NCBI RefSeq assembly: GCF_036365525.1
Contig: NC_090396.1
Coordinates: 73,712,605-73,776,604 of the forward strand
Direction: 5' to 3'
Length of the DNA stretch: 64,000 nucleotides
From: Heterodontus francisci
Lineage: Eukaryota
The translations under genes and the position numbers were made by a program. Numbering within the stretch: position 1 is the stretch's first letter; the number at the start of each line of letters is the position of its first letter. Shown piece by piece: positions 1 to 13,062 of this stretch. The notes under the pieces are model-generated. The model did no database searches. It was not told where the DNA came from and worked only from the letters and a program-made list of their open reading frames with translations.

Positions 1-30
1 AAAAGAAATGGAGGAACAGAGAGACAGATC

Positions 31-850
31 AGGCTGAATTTTACAGCACCCCGACGTCGGGGTCATGGCAGGGGCAGTGGTGGGTGGGGGGGGGTGTGGA
101 AAATGCCTCTGGCAGAGGCCTGTTACAGGCCTTGGTGCCGGAAAGGCCCAGCCTGATATTGCCGGCGACGGCGAGACCTCGGGGCGTCCCCCCAGCTGCT
201 CGGCAACAGGATCAAAATTGACATATTTAAATAAATGTAAATAAAGGCATTAATTACCTTTCTACCTCCCGTCCCGCCGCAATATTGGCGGCGGTGGCCG
301 GCACTCCCGTGCCTCCGGGTCCCCGTCCTGGGATCTGAGGTGAAACACTGGTGGGGAGTGGGGAGCAGGTAAGTTTTTCAGTGCGGGAGTTGGGGGAGCA
401 GTGTCAGAGTCCTTTCATTGGTGTAGGGGTTGGTGAGAAGGGGTAAAGTTTAAAGTTTCTGAACTTTGAGGGGGAGAAGGTCAGGTGTACCAGGTAAGTG
501 TTTTGTGGGGGGAGAGGGCAGGTAATTATTTGCATGGTTATTGGATGGGCAGAGGTAGGACAGGGTCAGGATAAATTAATTTATATTTTTATTTCACTGC
601 AGCTTTAAAAATTTTAATTAAATGGAAGGGCTCGAAGTCCTTTAAAAAGGGCATCACCGCCTGTGCAAAGCTGCTAATGCCATTGCCGGGGACGGACCGC
701 CTACCCCCTCCATGTCATCGGGGTGGGCAGTCCGACCCAGCCATTTAAATGAGCCACCACGCTGAAAATCACGGCATTCCACAACGTGTGGTCTGCGCGC
801 GCGGACCACCCTGGTTTATGTATTGGTGGCGGCAATGTAAAATGCAGCCC
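31..850. mobile_element. Non-autonomous PIF/Harbinger-type element (MITE)
   Basis: Imperfect TIRs AGGCTGAATTTTAC (31-44) and GTAAAATGCAGCCC (837-850); 3-bp direct repeat ATC on both sides (28-30, 851-853); no transposase ORF; same TIR type as the element at 35554. Confidence 0.75.
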
Positions 851-976
851 ATCTCCAAAGGTAGCAGGAAAAGTCGAAAATGTTGGTAAAAAAGCATGTG
901 GGCTTTCTGATCTATCTCTGATAGAGTTGTTTGAGGGAGGGCTGTTGACCAAGAGCATTAGGAGAACTGTAAACTG

Positions 977-1058
977 AAATGCTGGAAATACTCAGCAGGT
1001 CAGGCAGCATCTGTGGAGAGAGAAGCAGGTAATGTTTCAGGCCTGTGACTTTTCATCC
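977..1058 (-). mobile_element. Penelope-like terminal fragment, degenerate hammerhead remnant
   Basis: Recurrent module AAATGCTGGAAATACTCAGCAGGTCAGGCAGCATCTGTGGAGAGAGAAGCAG, also seen near 16.8, 26.7, 38.1, 45.5, 53.5 and 56.0 kb. Confidence 0.5.
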
Positions 1059-1064
1059 TTTTGC

Positions 1065-1288
1065 TTTAGGAGGACTCTCTGGTCTTCTGTGAATAGCGCC
1101 ATGGGATATTTTACTTAACCAGACCCATGTTGGTTTAACATCTCAATCAAAAGACAGCAGCTCCAGCCTCTAATGAGGCATTGCCTCACAACTCTGCTGT
1201 GTCAGCCTACATTACTTTGTGAAGTCCTTGGAGTGAAGCTTCAACCCATAGCCGTCAGGCTCAGAGACAGGAGTGCTTATTGAGCTCA
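1065..1288 (-). mobile_element. Deu-domain SINE fragment, degenerate
   Basis: Reverse-complement similarity to the SINE copy at 1490-1938. Confidence 0.5.
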
Positions 1289-1489
1289 CAGTCTGTGTAT
1301 GAATGAACTTCTGACATGCTATCACTACAGGTTTAATGGTGCAGTGGAATTCCAGAGAAAGATGCTAGAGAAGACGATTGCTGTTCCTGTGGATAAACAC
1401 AACAGAGAAAAAACTTTTTGACCCCCTGATCCATTTACTTTTATTTTCTTATTCAAATCAATAAGCATTTTTCTTGTTCTTTCATGACA

Positions 1490-1938
1490 TCTGGTAGCAC
1501 TCTCATTTCTGAGTTAGAAGGTTTGGGTTTATGTCCCACTCCAGAGACTTGAGCACAAAAATCCAGGCTGGTACTCCAGTGCAGTACCGAGGGAGTACAG
1601 CACTGTCAGAAGTGCCTTTTTTCAGGTGGGATGTTAAACCAAGGCCCCATCTGGTCTCTCAGGTGGACGTAAAATATCCCATTACACTATTTGAAGAAGA
1701 GCAGAGGATTCTCCCTGGTGTCCTTGGTAATATTTATCCCTCAATCAACATCACAAAAACAGATGATCTGATCATTATAACATTGCTATTTGTGGGAGCT
1801 TGCTATGCACAAATTGGCTGCCGTGTTTCCTACATTGCAACAGTGACTACACTCCAAAAGTACTTCATTGGCTGTAAAGCTCTTTGAGATGTCCTTAGGT
1901 TGTGTAAGTTGCTATATAAATGCAAGTTCTTTCTTTCC
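1490..1938 (+). mobile_element. DeuSINE (SacSINE1/AmnSINE1-like)
   Basis: tRNA-like head; Deu-domain-like core (GATGTTAAACCAAGGCCCCATCTG...TATTTATCCCTCAATCAACATCAC); tail GCTATATAAATGCAAG; several copies in the window. Confidence 0.75.
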
Positions 1939-2280
1939 TTTTTATACTTTCAGGAGAAGCAATATTTTTATAACTTTAAGGATATTTTTTCCTGGTACTA
2001 TGGTGTTACCCCTATAATCAGTCAGTTGGGTTTTACTTTTCAGGATATGGCCATACTGCCCAATGTCTAGCTATATGATAACCTAACCCATGGATTTAAC
2101 AGCAGTGCACCCTTGTGATTTGAACTGGATATTTATGTCTTTTACACATGTCCCCCACGTGCACTTCAATCTTTCCAAAGGTTGACAAGGCCGGAAACAA
2201 ATTGTTAAGCTGCTTTGTTGCAAAGAGTCAGCACAGGCATGATGGGCTGAAAGGCCTCCTTCTGTGCTGTAAGATTCTAT

Positions 2281-2532
2281 AGGCTGGATTTTAACTTAAC
2301 TGAGCAGCCTGGAGCAAGTTGGGGGTCTTGGTAAGGCACAGGGAGCCCCAAGTCAGGCATTGAAAGTGACAACCCACATTCCTGAAGCAGGTCAGTCGCC
2401 TGCCCATCGTCTGTCTCTGTTAAAACTGGAAGTGGGCAGATTGCAAATGGGTTTGGATCGGGTTCAGGTTTTTAACACTTTAACCTTCTACTCAACCCAA
2501 ACCTGCCAATTTTTTGAGGTTAATATTCCCCC
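2281..2532. mobile_element. Short Harbinger-like MITE, degenerate
   Basis: AGGCTGGATTTTAAC ... GTTAATATTCCCCC weak inverted ends; TSD unclear. Confidence 0.4.
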
Positions 2533-2539
2533 TAAGATT

Positions 2540-2905
2540 CAATTATTTATCCAATTCGTTTGAGAAAGCAGCTGCCGAATTTGCTCCCACCGCCCTTTCA
2601 GGCAGTGCATTCCAAATCATAACAACTCACTGCGTACATAGAAATTCTCCTCATCTCCCCTCTGGATCTGTGCCTTCTGGTTACTGAGCCTCCTGCCTGT
2701 GGAGACAGTTTCTCCCTATCTGCTCCATATAAGAAAAATCTTCAGAATTTTGAGCATCTCGATTAAATCTACCGGCAGCATTCTCTGCTCCAAGGAGAAC
2801 AATGATAGCTTCTCTAGTCACTCTACATAACTGACGTCCCTCATCCTTGGAACTATTCTAGTAAATCTCCTCAGCACCCTCTCCAAGGCCATGACATCCT
2901 TCCTA
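2540..2905 (-). mobile_element. CR1 LINE 3' fragment
   Basis: Reverse complement resembles the CR1 ORF2 C-terminal region found in other copies. Confidence 0.65.
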
Positions 2906-3044
2906 GGAAGTGTTGGCGTGCATTGCGATGACTACAGGTGCAGACTGTATTTCTGTTTCATGTGACTCCATTATTTGAGAATAGAGTGCTTGTGGTGCAA
3001 GTTATTTCTTGAGCCTAATCTACATATTGAATTACAATGTACCA

Positions 3045-3612
3045 GATCAATCCGTGCCTGTATGCAGCAAGACCCGAACAATATTCAGGCTTGAGCTGAT
3101 AAGTGGCAATTAACATTCGCGCCATACAAGTGCTAGATAATGACCAACAAGAGAGAATCTAACCAACTCCCCTTCACATTGCAGCTCCAACAACACTTGA
3201 TGCCATCAAGGACAAAGCTGCCCACTTGATTGGCACCCCATCCACCACCTTCAACATTCACTCCCTCCACCACCAGTGCACAGTGGCAGCAGTGTGTACA
3301 TCTACAAGATGCACTGCAGCAACTCACCAAGGCTCCTTTGACAAACCCACGGCCTGTACCACCCTGAAGGACAAGGGCAGCAGATGCATTGGAACACCAC
3401 CACATACAAGTTCCCCTATAACTCATACACCATCCTAACTTGGAAATATATCACTGTTCCTTATTAACTGTTGCTGGGTCGAAATCTTGGAACTCCCTCT
3501 CGAACAGCACTATGGGTGTACCTCGGCCACGTGGACTGCTGTGGCTCAAGAAGGCGGCTCACCACCACCTTCTCAAGGACAATTAGGGATAGGTAATAAA
3601 TGCTGGCCTTGT
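3045..3612 (+). mobile_element. CR1-group LINE 3' fragment (second family)
   Basis: RT C-terminal remnant (AWADKWQ-like) and tail CACCACCTTCTCAAGG...AATAAATGCTGGCCT; related copies at 25800-26100 (-) and 33227-33525 (+). Confidence 0.6.
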
Positions 3613-4496
3613 GTGTTTGCTGGAAAGGGTTGAGTTGTTCAGCCACCGAATTCATAGAGAGTGCAGCCCAGAACATACACCACATCCACGGTATGCTCAG
3701 TATAGGTGACTAAACCTTCAGCACTCCTCATAGTTCAAACCCGAAATTTGCTTGACCCCGCCACGGCGAGCCAGGCGGTGAATTGCTGATTTGGTGATGC
3801 CCAGGATATCATCACAAAGTACTTTGCGGTGCCACTTTGCTCTGCCTTTGCCCAGTCCTTTGCCTCCTTTACCTCTGCCAGACATGATCATTTTTCACTC
3901 AGATCACTGCACACATCCCATGAACAAATAAATAAATCTTCCCTTTCACTCCATTTGGGTAGAATTCCAGTGAAACAAACCCCTTCTGAGTCATTCTGTT
4001 GTCACAGAATACTAATCAGCCAAATGCCTTCCTATATATGTCAACTACAAAGAATTACTGAGCTAAGCTTAAAATGCTGCTCAATTATTCAGTGTTTAAT
4101 GCTTAGCAATCATTTTACTGTAGAGGCTGAGAACAGTTTGGCAATATAATTGTTTTAATATAAAGGACACAGCTTCATCCAGTGATCTGTGCTGCTTTTG
4201 ATGGGATTGGATAATTATGTGGATTTTGGGATACAAATTTGCCACTGGTTCTTTTATCTGTAATTTGTTAACTTTCTGATCCAAACATTATATTTTTTTA
4301 ACAGATTGTTTATCAGGATTCCACTATTAAACCTAGAGAAAGTGTTGCTGAAAAAGATTCTATCCGTAGTTTGTGCCCCAAATTTAAAAACTATTTCTGT
4401 TGTCAAATTACTGAGGAGACTCTGGATTTTTCCTTTTGCTGCTGAGAGAACATGCTGAGCATAATCCTTTCAACATCTATGTTCTTATTTTTAGTG

Positions 4497-4958
4497 TGGG
4501 AACTTCAGTTATATGGAGAGACCGGAGAAGCTAGGATTGTTCTCCTCAGAGCAGAGAACGTTAAAACAGAGAACGTTAAAAGGAGATTTGATAGAGGTGT
4601 TCAAAATAATGAAGAGTTTTGATAGAGTGAGTCAGGAGAAACTGTTTCCAGAGTAACCAGAGTCAGTAACCAGAGGGCACAGATTTAAGGTAATTGACAA
4701 AAGAACCAGAGGGGATATGAGAAAGCATTTTTTCACACAGTGGGTTGTTGTGATCTGGAATGCGCTGCCTGAAAGGACAGTGAAAGCAGATTCAATAGTA
4801 ACTTTCAAAAGGGAATTAGATAAATACTTGAAAAAGAAAAAGATTACAGGTTTATGGGGAAAGAGCCAGGGAGTGGGACTAATCGTATAGCTCTTTCAAA
4901 GAGCCAGCACAGGCATGAGGGGCCGCAAGGCCTCTTTCTGTGCTGTAAGATCCTAAGA
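4497..4958 (+). mobile_element. CR1 LINE 3' fragment
   Basis: Encodes LGLFS..QR / RGH.FKV / FFTQ.V..IWNALP-like motifs, followed by a CR1 3' tail. Confidence 0.7.
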
Positions 4959-6317
4959 TAATATACTATCTAGGAAAGTCCTGTGTTTGAAATTATCAAT
5001 TGGTGTTGGATTAGTCAACCTCCGCCGGGCTAGTGGGAGCGTGACAATTACCCACAGTTCTCCTGGACAAGTGAAAGAGGTAAAATCAGCACTTCCACTT
5101 CCTGATTGCTGTCCAACGTCTCCTGATGGTTATGTGTGCACTTGGTGGGGATCGATTAAAATACAGCTCTGTGTTCTCCCCACCCTACCCCCCACAAACA
5201 GTCACCTCCTGACATTCTCACTACCTACACTTACCCATGAAGAACGAGCAATTGGGGAAAGGCAGTAGATTCCAACAGAACTGGACCGCCAGACAGGTCA
5301 GTGCCTCGGGAGAAGACACTTGGGGTGGGTGGGAGATACAGGAACAGTTTGGGAAGGAATGGCTAAACATTTTCAGCTCTCACCGCCCATCCTTCAACCC
5401 TAGTTTCCTGTTCCTGCAGTGTCTCAAAGAAAATGAAGCAGACCAAATGTTCTTATTTTCTCACAGGCAGCTGCTTTGACTTTCATATCTATTGCTAATC
5501 CTGTTTGTGTTTCTGTCTGTGTCGGCCTGAGCTGTGCGGGTGAGTCTGATGCATTTCATATCAGTGTTTTATTCAGTACAAGTCTCCATGGATTAGTTAC
5601 ATGCCCAGTACTCGCATCAGCTACAGGATATGGCAGACTGAAATGTTCTTGACCACGTTGATTCTGAAGCTGGAAGGAGAGCTATTGATGAGGAAAGAGT
5701 CTGTTTTAAATTCAAGTACGTGTCTCGTAGTTGCATAGAGTATTCTGTGAGGAATTGGAGGCAGGAAGCTAGACAAAAACCAGCCTGGCATAAGGTGAGG
5801 TAGAGATATGTGATCAAGAATATCACATGTTTATCAGCGTGACAGTAAAATTCTGCGAGAGAGTGAGACTGTGAGACAGGGATGGGGGGAGTATAATGCA
5901 GTGCTTAACAGCAGTTTAGAACTTCAGCCTAGTGGGTAGCTCAACATGCAGTAAACTTGCCACTTAACACAAGCAGTGAGCCAAGTTAATACTTGGCAAT
6001 AGCGAGGGCTGCATGATGTTAAGGCTGGTGTTTACACATGCTGTGCACGCACTGCCTGCTTTCTGAGAGCTGCCTGTCTGCTGGAACGATGGATAATGTG
6101 CTTAAGGAGCATGTTTAAAATATATTTATATCTTAACCTTGGGCTACTGGGCTTCTCTGAAAGGATTGCTGGATATATTGGTTGGTGTTCCCACAAGGAC
6201 CTGAATCTGCCATAACGTACAAAAGATCACCTTCTGGAACCTGATAGCCCGCCCTCCTGCAGTTGCACCACACATCAGTTATTCTGCTCCTTACCGTCCC
6301 CTTTGACTTATAAATAA

Positions 6318-6700
6318 AGAAAGACTTGCATTTATATAGCACCTTTCACAACCTCAGGATCTCCCAAAGCGCTTTACAACCAATGAAGTATTAGTCATTG
6401 TTGTAATGTAGGAAACGTGACAGCCAATTTATACCCAGCAAGTTCCCACAATCAGTAATGTGGTAATGTAATCTGTTTTAGTGATATCGGTTGAGGGATA
6501 AATATTGGCCAGGACTGTGGGGAGAATCCCCTGCTCTTCTTCGAATTAATGGCATGGAATCTTTAATGTCCACTGAGAGGGCAACAGGGCCTTGGTTGAA
6601 CATCGCATCTGAAGGACGGGTATCTCTGACAGTGCAGCACAGTGTGGAGGCGATCGTGGCAGTCATTTTGTGCATATTGCGATCCCACAAACAGCAATGA
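6318..6700 (-). mobile_element. DeuSINE copy
   Basis: Reverse complement of the 1490-1938 SINE, including the CTTGCATTTATATAGC tail. Confidence 0.7.
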
Positions 6701-7586
6701 TTTGAACAACTAAAGCTGCTAGAAAACCTGTTCTGCTGGAAGAACAGAGTTGACAGTATCCTAGATTGGATATTAACACTTTATGTAGTCACCCCGTGGC
6801 GACATACTATTTAATTAAATAAATTGGAGTCCCTCCTCTCTCCTTAACATATTTACATGCCCCAGTCTGGGAATATTATAGCAAAGTGGCTCATTATGTA
6901 CCCTGTTGGGTTAAACTAAATTCCCTACATTGCATTTATTTACGTAAACTGTGATTATCTTGCTGGCTTGCTTAATGCAATAAAACAATTGTGCTACTAT
7001 ATTCATGTGCTGAACACGTCTCACTCTGTTGCACTTTTTGAACGAACATCCTGCTTTCTGGTAGAGTAATTCCTTGTTTTGACATGTGCTTGATCTTTAT
7101 TGTTCCCACAGTGATAAACAGGAGAGAACTGTCATTTAAAGGTATGATGCGTGCAGGTTTCTTACTGAACAGAGGCAGCAATTGGTGTAATATGCAATGC
7201 AAGGGTAGGAGGAAAAAACAAAAGGTTGAACACTGTAAGGCTACTCCTGTTGAAAGTCATGGTCCTCTGATTGGAGCAGAAAGGTGCATTGCTTTTTATG
7301 CAGAATTGCATTCTTGGACAGACGCATCTGCTGACCACAGATCCACCGGCCCCTGGTATCACTGCCGAAACATTCTATGTCATACAATAACACAGAAGGT
7401 GAGTGGTGTCTCTGCATGAGTAACAATACAGTAACCTAGTTGAGGGATTCAGGAGAGGACTTCTGTGATTGATGGCTCAGGCACATTATACTGGCTGTCA
7501 AGGCTCATACTTGAATTATGGGCAAGAGAACAGATGGTGAATGAAACAACAGCAAGGAAGGAGGGGAAAAGATCCTGAATCGTCAG

Positions 7587-9315
7587 TTAGATTCCAGTCT
7601 GTAACTCACTCCCGGGTATCTGTTATTCTATATATAAACCCCCCCAGAACCCCTCAATTAGATTCCAGTCTGTAACTCACTCCTGGGTATCTGTTATTCC
7701 ATATATAAACCCCCCACCGAACCCCTCGATTAGATTCCAGTCTGTAACTCACTCCCGGGTATCTGTTATTCTATATATAAACCCCGCCCCGAACCCCTCG
7801 ATTAGATTCCAGTCTGTAACTCACTCCCGGGTATCTGTTATTCTATATATAAACCCCCCTGAACCCCTCGATTAGAGTCCAGCCTGTAACTCACACCCGA
7901 GTATCTGTTATTCTATATATAAACCCCCCTGAACCCCTCGATTAGATTCCAGTCTGTAACTCACTCCCAGGTATCTGTTATTCTATATATAAACCCCCCT
8001 GAACCCCTCGATTAGAGTCCAGCCTGTAACTCACACCCGAGTATCTGTTATTCTATATATAAACCCCCCTGAACCCCTCGATTAGATTCCAGCCTGTAAC
8101 TCACTCCTGGGTATCTGTTATTCTATATATAAACCCCCCACCGAACCCCTCGATTAGATTCCAGTCTGTAACTCACTCCCGGGTATCTGTTATTCTATAT
8201 ATAAACCCCGCCCCGAACCCCTCGATTAGATTCCAGTCTGTAACTCACTCCCGGGTATCTGTTATTCTATATATAAACCCCACTGAACCCCTCGATTAGA
8301 TTCCAGTCTGTAACTCACTCCCAGGTATCTGTTATTCTATATATAAACCCCCCTGAACCCCTCGATTAGAGTCCAGCCTGTAACTCACACCCGAGTATCT
8401 GTTATTCTATATATAAACCCCCCTGAACCCCTCGATTAGATTCCAGCCTGTAACTCACTCCTGGGTATCTGTTATTCTATATATAAACCCCCCGAACCCC
8501 TCGATTAGATTCCAGTCTGTAACTCACTCCCGAGTATCTGCTTTTCTATATATAAACCCCTCGATTACATTCCAGCCTGTAACTCACTCCTGGGTATCTG
8601 TTATTCTATATATAAACCCCCCGAACTCCTCGATTAGATTCCAGTCTGTAACTCACTCCTGGGTATCTGTTATTCTATATTTAAACCCCCCTGAACCCCT
8701 CAATTAGATTCCAGTTTGTAACTCACTCCTGGGTATCTGTTATTCTATATATAAACCCCCCAGAACCCCTCGATTAGATTCCAGTCTGTAACTCACTCCC
8801 AGGTATCTGTTATTCTATATATAAACCCCCCTGAACCCATCGATTAGATTCCAGCCTGTAACTCACTCCTAGGTATCTGTTATTCTATATATAAACCCCC
8901 CAGAACCCCTCGATTAGATTCCAGTCTGTAACTCACTCCTGGGTATCTGTTATTCTATATATAAACACCCCTGAACCCCTTGATTAGATTCCAGTCTGTA
9001 ACTCACTCCTGGGTATCTGTTATTCTATATATAAACCCCCCTGAACCCCTCGATTAGATTCCAGCCTGTAACTCACTCCCGGGTATCTGTTATTCTATAT
9101 ATAAACCCCCCAGAACCCCTCGATTAGATTCCAGACTGTAACTCACTCCTGGGTATCTGTTATTCTATATATAAACCCCCCAGAACCCCTCGATTAGATT
9201 CCAGCCTGTAACTCACTCCTGGGTATCTGTTATTCTATATATAAACCTCCCAGAACCCCTCGATTAGATTCCAGTCTGTAACTCACTCCCGGGTATCTGT
9301 TATTCTATGTTTATA
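7587..9315. repeat. 70-bp tandem satellite, about 25 copies
   Basis: Unit ATTAGATTCCAGTCTGTAACTCACTCCCGGGTATCTGTTATTCTATATATAAACCCCCCTGAACCCCTCG (e.g. 7801-7870) repeated head to tail. Confidence 0.97.
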
Positions 9316-9344
9316 AATCAAAGAAACAAGAGCTTTCAGGTACA

Positions 9345-12300
9345 GTCATAGAGTCATAGAGTTATACAGCACAGAAACAGGCCCTTTGGCCTAGTGTGTC
9401 TGTGTCAGCCATCAAGCACCTAACTATTCTAATCCCATTTTCCAGCACTTGGTCCGTAGCCTTGTATGCTATGGTGTTTGAAGTGCTCATCTAAATACTT
9501 CTTAAATGTTGTGAGGGTTCCTGCCTCTACCACCTCTTCAGGCAGTGCGTTCCTGATTCCAATCAACCTCTGGGTGAAAACATTTTTCCTCAAATCCCCT
9601 CTAAACCTCCTGCCCCTTACCTTAAATCTATGCCCCCTAGTTATTGAGCCCTCCGCTAAGGGAAAATGTTTCTTCCTATCTAACCTATCAATGCCCCTCA
9701 TAATTTTGTATACCTCAATCATGTCCTCCCTCAACCTTCTCTGCTCTAAGGAAAACAACCCTCGACTTTTCAGTCTCTCTTCATAGCTGAAATGCTCCAG
9801 CCCAGGCAACATCATGGTGAATCTCCTCTGCACCCTCTCCAGTGCAATCACATCCTTCCTATAGTGTGGTGCCCAGAACTGTACACAGCACTCTAGCTGT
9901 GGCCTAACTAGCGTTTTATACAGCTCCATCATAATCTTCTTCTTCTTCTTTGGCCTCCTTGTCTCGAGAGACAAGGGTAAGCGCCTAGAGATGGTCAGTG
10001 GTTTGTGAAGCAGCGCCTGGAGTGGCTATAAAGGCCAATTCTAGAGTGACCACAGGTCCACAGGTGCTACAGATCAAATTGGTTGTCGGGGCTGTTTCAC
10101 AGTTGGCTCTCTCCTTGCGCTTCTGTCTTTATTCCTGCTAACTGCTAAGTCTCTTTGACTCGCCACTCTTTAGCCCCGCCTTTATGGCTGCCCGCCAGCT
10201 CTGACGATCACTGGCAACTGACTCCCACGACTTGTGATCAATGTCACAGGACTTCATGTCACGTTTGCAGACATCTTTAAAGTGGAGACATGGACGGCCG
10301 GTGGGTCTGATACCAGTGACGAGCTCGCCGAACAATGTCTCCTTGGGGATCCTGCCATCTTCCATGCGGCTCACATGGCCAAGCCATCTCAAGTGCCACT
10401 GGCTCAGTAGGGTGTATATGCTGGGGATGTTGGCCGCCTCAAGGACTTCTGTGTTAGAGATAAGGTCCTGCCACCTGATGCCAAGGATTCTCTGGAGGCA
10501 GCGAAGATGGAATGAATTGAGACGTCGCTCTTGACTGACATACGTTGTCCAGGCCTCGCTGCTGTAGAGCAAGGTACTGAAGACACAGGCTTGATACACT
10601 CGGACTTTTGTGTTCCGTGTCAGTGCGCCATTTTTCCACACTCTCTTGGCCAGTCTGGACATAGCAGTGGAAGCCTTTCCCATGCGCTTGTTGATTTCTG
10701 CATCGAGAGACAGGTTCCTGGTGGTAGTTGAGCCTAGGTAGGTGAACTCTTGAACCACTTCCAGAGCGTATCCATATTGATGGATGGAGCATTTCTGATG
10801 TCCTGTCCCATGATGTTCATTTTCTTGAGGCTGATGGTTAGGCCAAATTCATTGCAGGCAGCCGCAATCCTGTTGATGAGTCTCTGCAGACACTCTTCAG
10901 TGTGAGATGTTAATGCAGCATCATCAGCAAAGAGGAGTTCCCTGATGAGGACCTTCCGTACTTTGGTCTTCGCTCTTAGACGGGCAAGGTTGAACAACCT
11001 GCCACCTGATCTTGTGTGGAGGAAAGTTCCTTCTTCTGAAGACTTGAACGCATGTGAGAGCAGCAGGGAGAAGAAGATCCCAAACAGTGTAGGTGCGAGA
11101 ACACAGCCCTGTTTCACGGCACTCAGGATAGGAAAGGGGTCTGATGAGGCGCCACTGTGCTGAATTGTGCCTTTCATATTGTCATGGAATGAGGTGATGA
11201 TACTTAGTAGCTTTGGTGGACATCCGATCTTTGCTAGTAGTCTGAAGAGACCACGTCTGCTGACGAGGTCAAAGGCTTTGGTGAGATCAATGAAAGTAAG
11301 GTAGAGGGGCATCTGTTGTTCGCGGCATTTCTCCTGTAGCTGGCGAAGGGAGAACAGCATGTCAATGGTGAATCTCTCTGCTCGAAAGCCACACTGTGCC
11401 TCAGTGTAGACATGCTCAGCCAGCTTCTGGAGCCTGTTTAAAGCGACTTGAGCGAAGAAGTGAAAAATCATAATCTACCTGTTCTTATATTCTGTGCCTC
11501 GGCTAATAAAGGCAAGTATCCCGTATGCCTTCCGAACCACCTTATCTACCTGTGCTACTGCCTTCAGTGATCTATGGACAAGTACACCAATGTCCCTCTG
11601 ACCTTCTGTACTTCCTAGGGTCCTGTCATCCATTGTATATTCCCTTGCCTTGTTAGTCCTCCCAAAATGCATCACCTCACACTCCTGAGGATTAAATTCC
11701 ATTTGCCGCTGCTCCGCCCATCTTACCAGCCTATCTATATCGTCCTTTAATCTAAGGTTTTCCTCCTCACTATTTACGACACCACCAATTTTCGTGTCAT
11801 CTGCGAACTTACTGCTCATACCTCCTATATTCACATCTAAATCATTAATGTACACTACAAACAGCAAGGGTCCCAGCATCGATCCCTGTGGTACACCACT
11901 GGTCACAGGCTTCCAATCGCAAAAACAGCCCTCGACCATTACCCTCTACCTCCTGCCACTAAGCCAATTTTGGATCCAATTTGCCAAATTGCCCTGGAAC
12001 CCATGAGCTCTTACCTTCTTAACCAATCTCCCATGCGGGACCTCATCAAAAGCCTTACTGAAGTCCATTTAGACTACATCAACTGCTTTACCCTCATCTA
12101 CACATCTAGTTACCGTCTTAAAAAGTTCAATAAAGTTAGTTAGACACGATCTCCCCCTGACAAAGCCATGCTGACTATCCCTGATTAATCCCTGCCTCTC
12201 CAAGTGGAGATTAATCCTGTCCCTCAGAACCTTTTCCAATAGTTTCCCAACCATTGACGTTCGACTCACTGGCCTGTAATTACCTGGTTTATCCCTGCTA

Positions 12301-13062
12301 CCCTTCTTGAATAATGGTACCACATCCTCTGTCCTCCAAACCTCTGGTACCTCTCCTGTGGCCAGAGAGGATTTGAAAATTTTTTTCAGAGCCCACTCTA
12401 TCTCCTCCCTTGCCTCACATAACAGCCTGGGATACATCTCAACTGGGCCTGGGGTTTTATCCACTTTCAAGCCCGCTAAAACAGCTAATACTTCCACCCT
12501 TTCAATGCTAGTGTATTCAAGTATATTACAATCCCCCTCCCTGATCTCTACACCTACATCGTCCTTCTCCATAGTGAACACAGATTAAAAGTAATCATTT
12601 AAAACCTCACCTACGTCCTCCAGCTCCACACACAGATTGCCACTTTGGTCCTTAATGGGCCCTACTCTTTCCCTGGTTATCCTCTTGCCCTTAATATACT
12701 TATAAAACGCCTTGGGATTTTTCTTTATCTTGCCCGCCAGTGTTTTTTCATGCCCCCCTTCGCTCTCCTAATTACTTTTTTAAGTACCCCCCTACACTTT
12801 CTGTACTCCTCTAGTGCCTTCACTGTTTTCAGTGCTCTGAATCTGCCATAAGCCTCCTTTTGTTTCCTAATCCTATCCTCTATATCCCTTGACATCCAGT
12901 GTTCCCTGGACTTGTTGGTCCTACCCTTCACCTTAACAGGTAAATGTTGGCTCTGAACTCTTACTATTTCCTCTTTGAATGACTCCCACTGGTCTGATGT
13001 CGACTTTCCTACAGGTAGCTGCTCCCAGTCCACTGTGGCCAGATCCTGTTTTATCATATTGA
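9345..13062 (-). mobile_element. CR1 LINE, 5'-truncated, interrupted by an RTE insertion
   Basis: ORF fragments 12725-13057, 12069-12581 (PLFKKG..NYRPVS, QHGF), 11475-11939 (GVPQGS, FADD) and 9429-9936 (LVRP.LE.C.QFW); 3' tail with CTATGACT-type repeats near 9345. Confidence 0.92.
9937..11466 (-). mobile_element. RTE-clade LINE, 5'-truncated, frameshifted
   Basis: ORFs 10734-11471 (FIDLTKAFD, LLFADD) and 10138-10758; (GAA)n tail; 9-bp TSD ATCATAATC at 9928-9936 and 11467-11475. Confidence 0.95.

Noticed and set aside
4305-4445. Strong splice acceptor followed by a short open frame
   Set aside because: No recognisable homology and no convincing donor
7126-7143. ELSFKG as the RANGAP1 N-terminus (QLSFKG)
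   Set aside because: Only 5-6 residues match, the surrounding sequence does not, and the splice donor position does not fit
7587-9315. CRISPR-like array
   Set aside because: Units are contiguous tandem repeats with no unique spacers, and the context is eukaryotic with no cas genes
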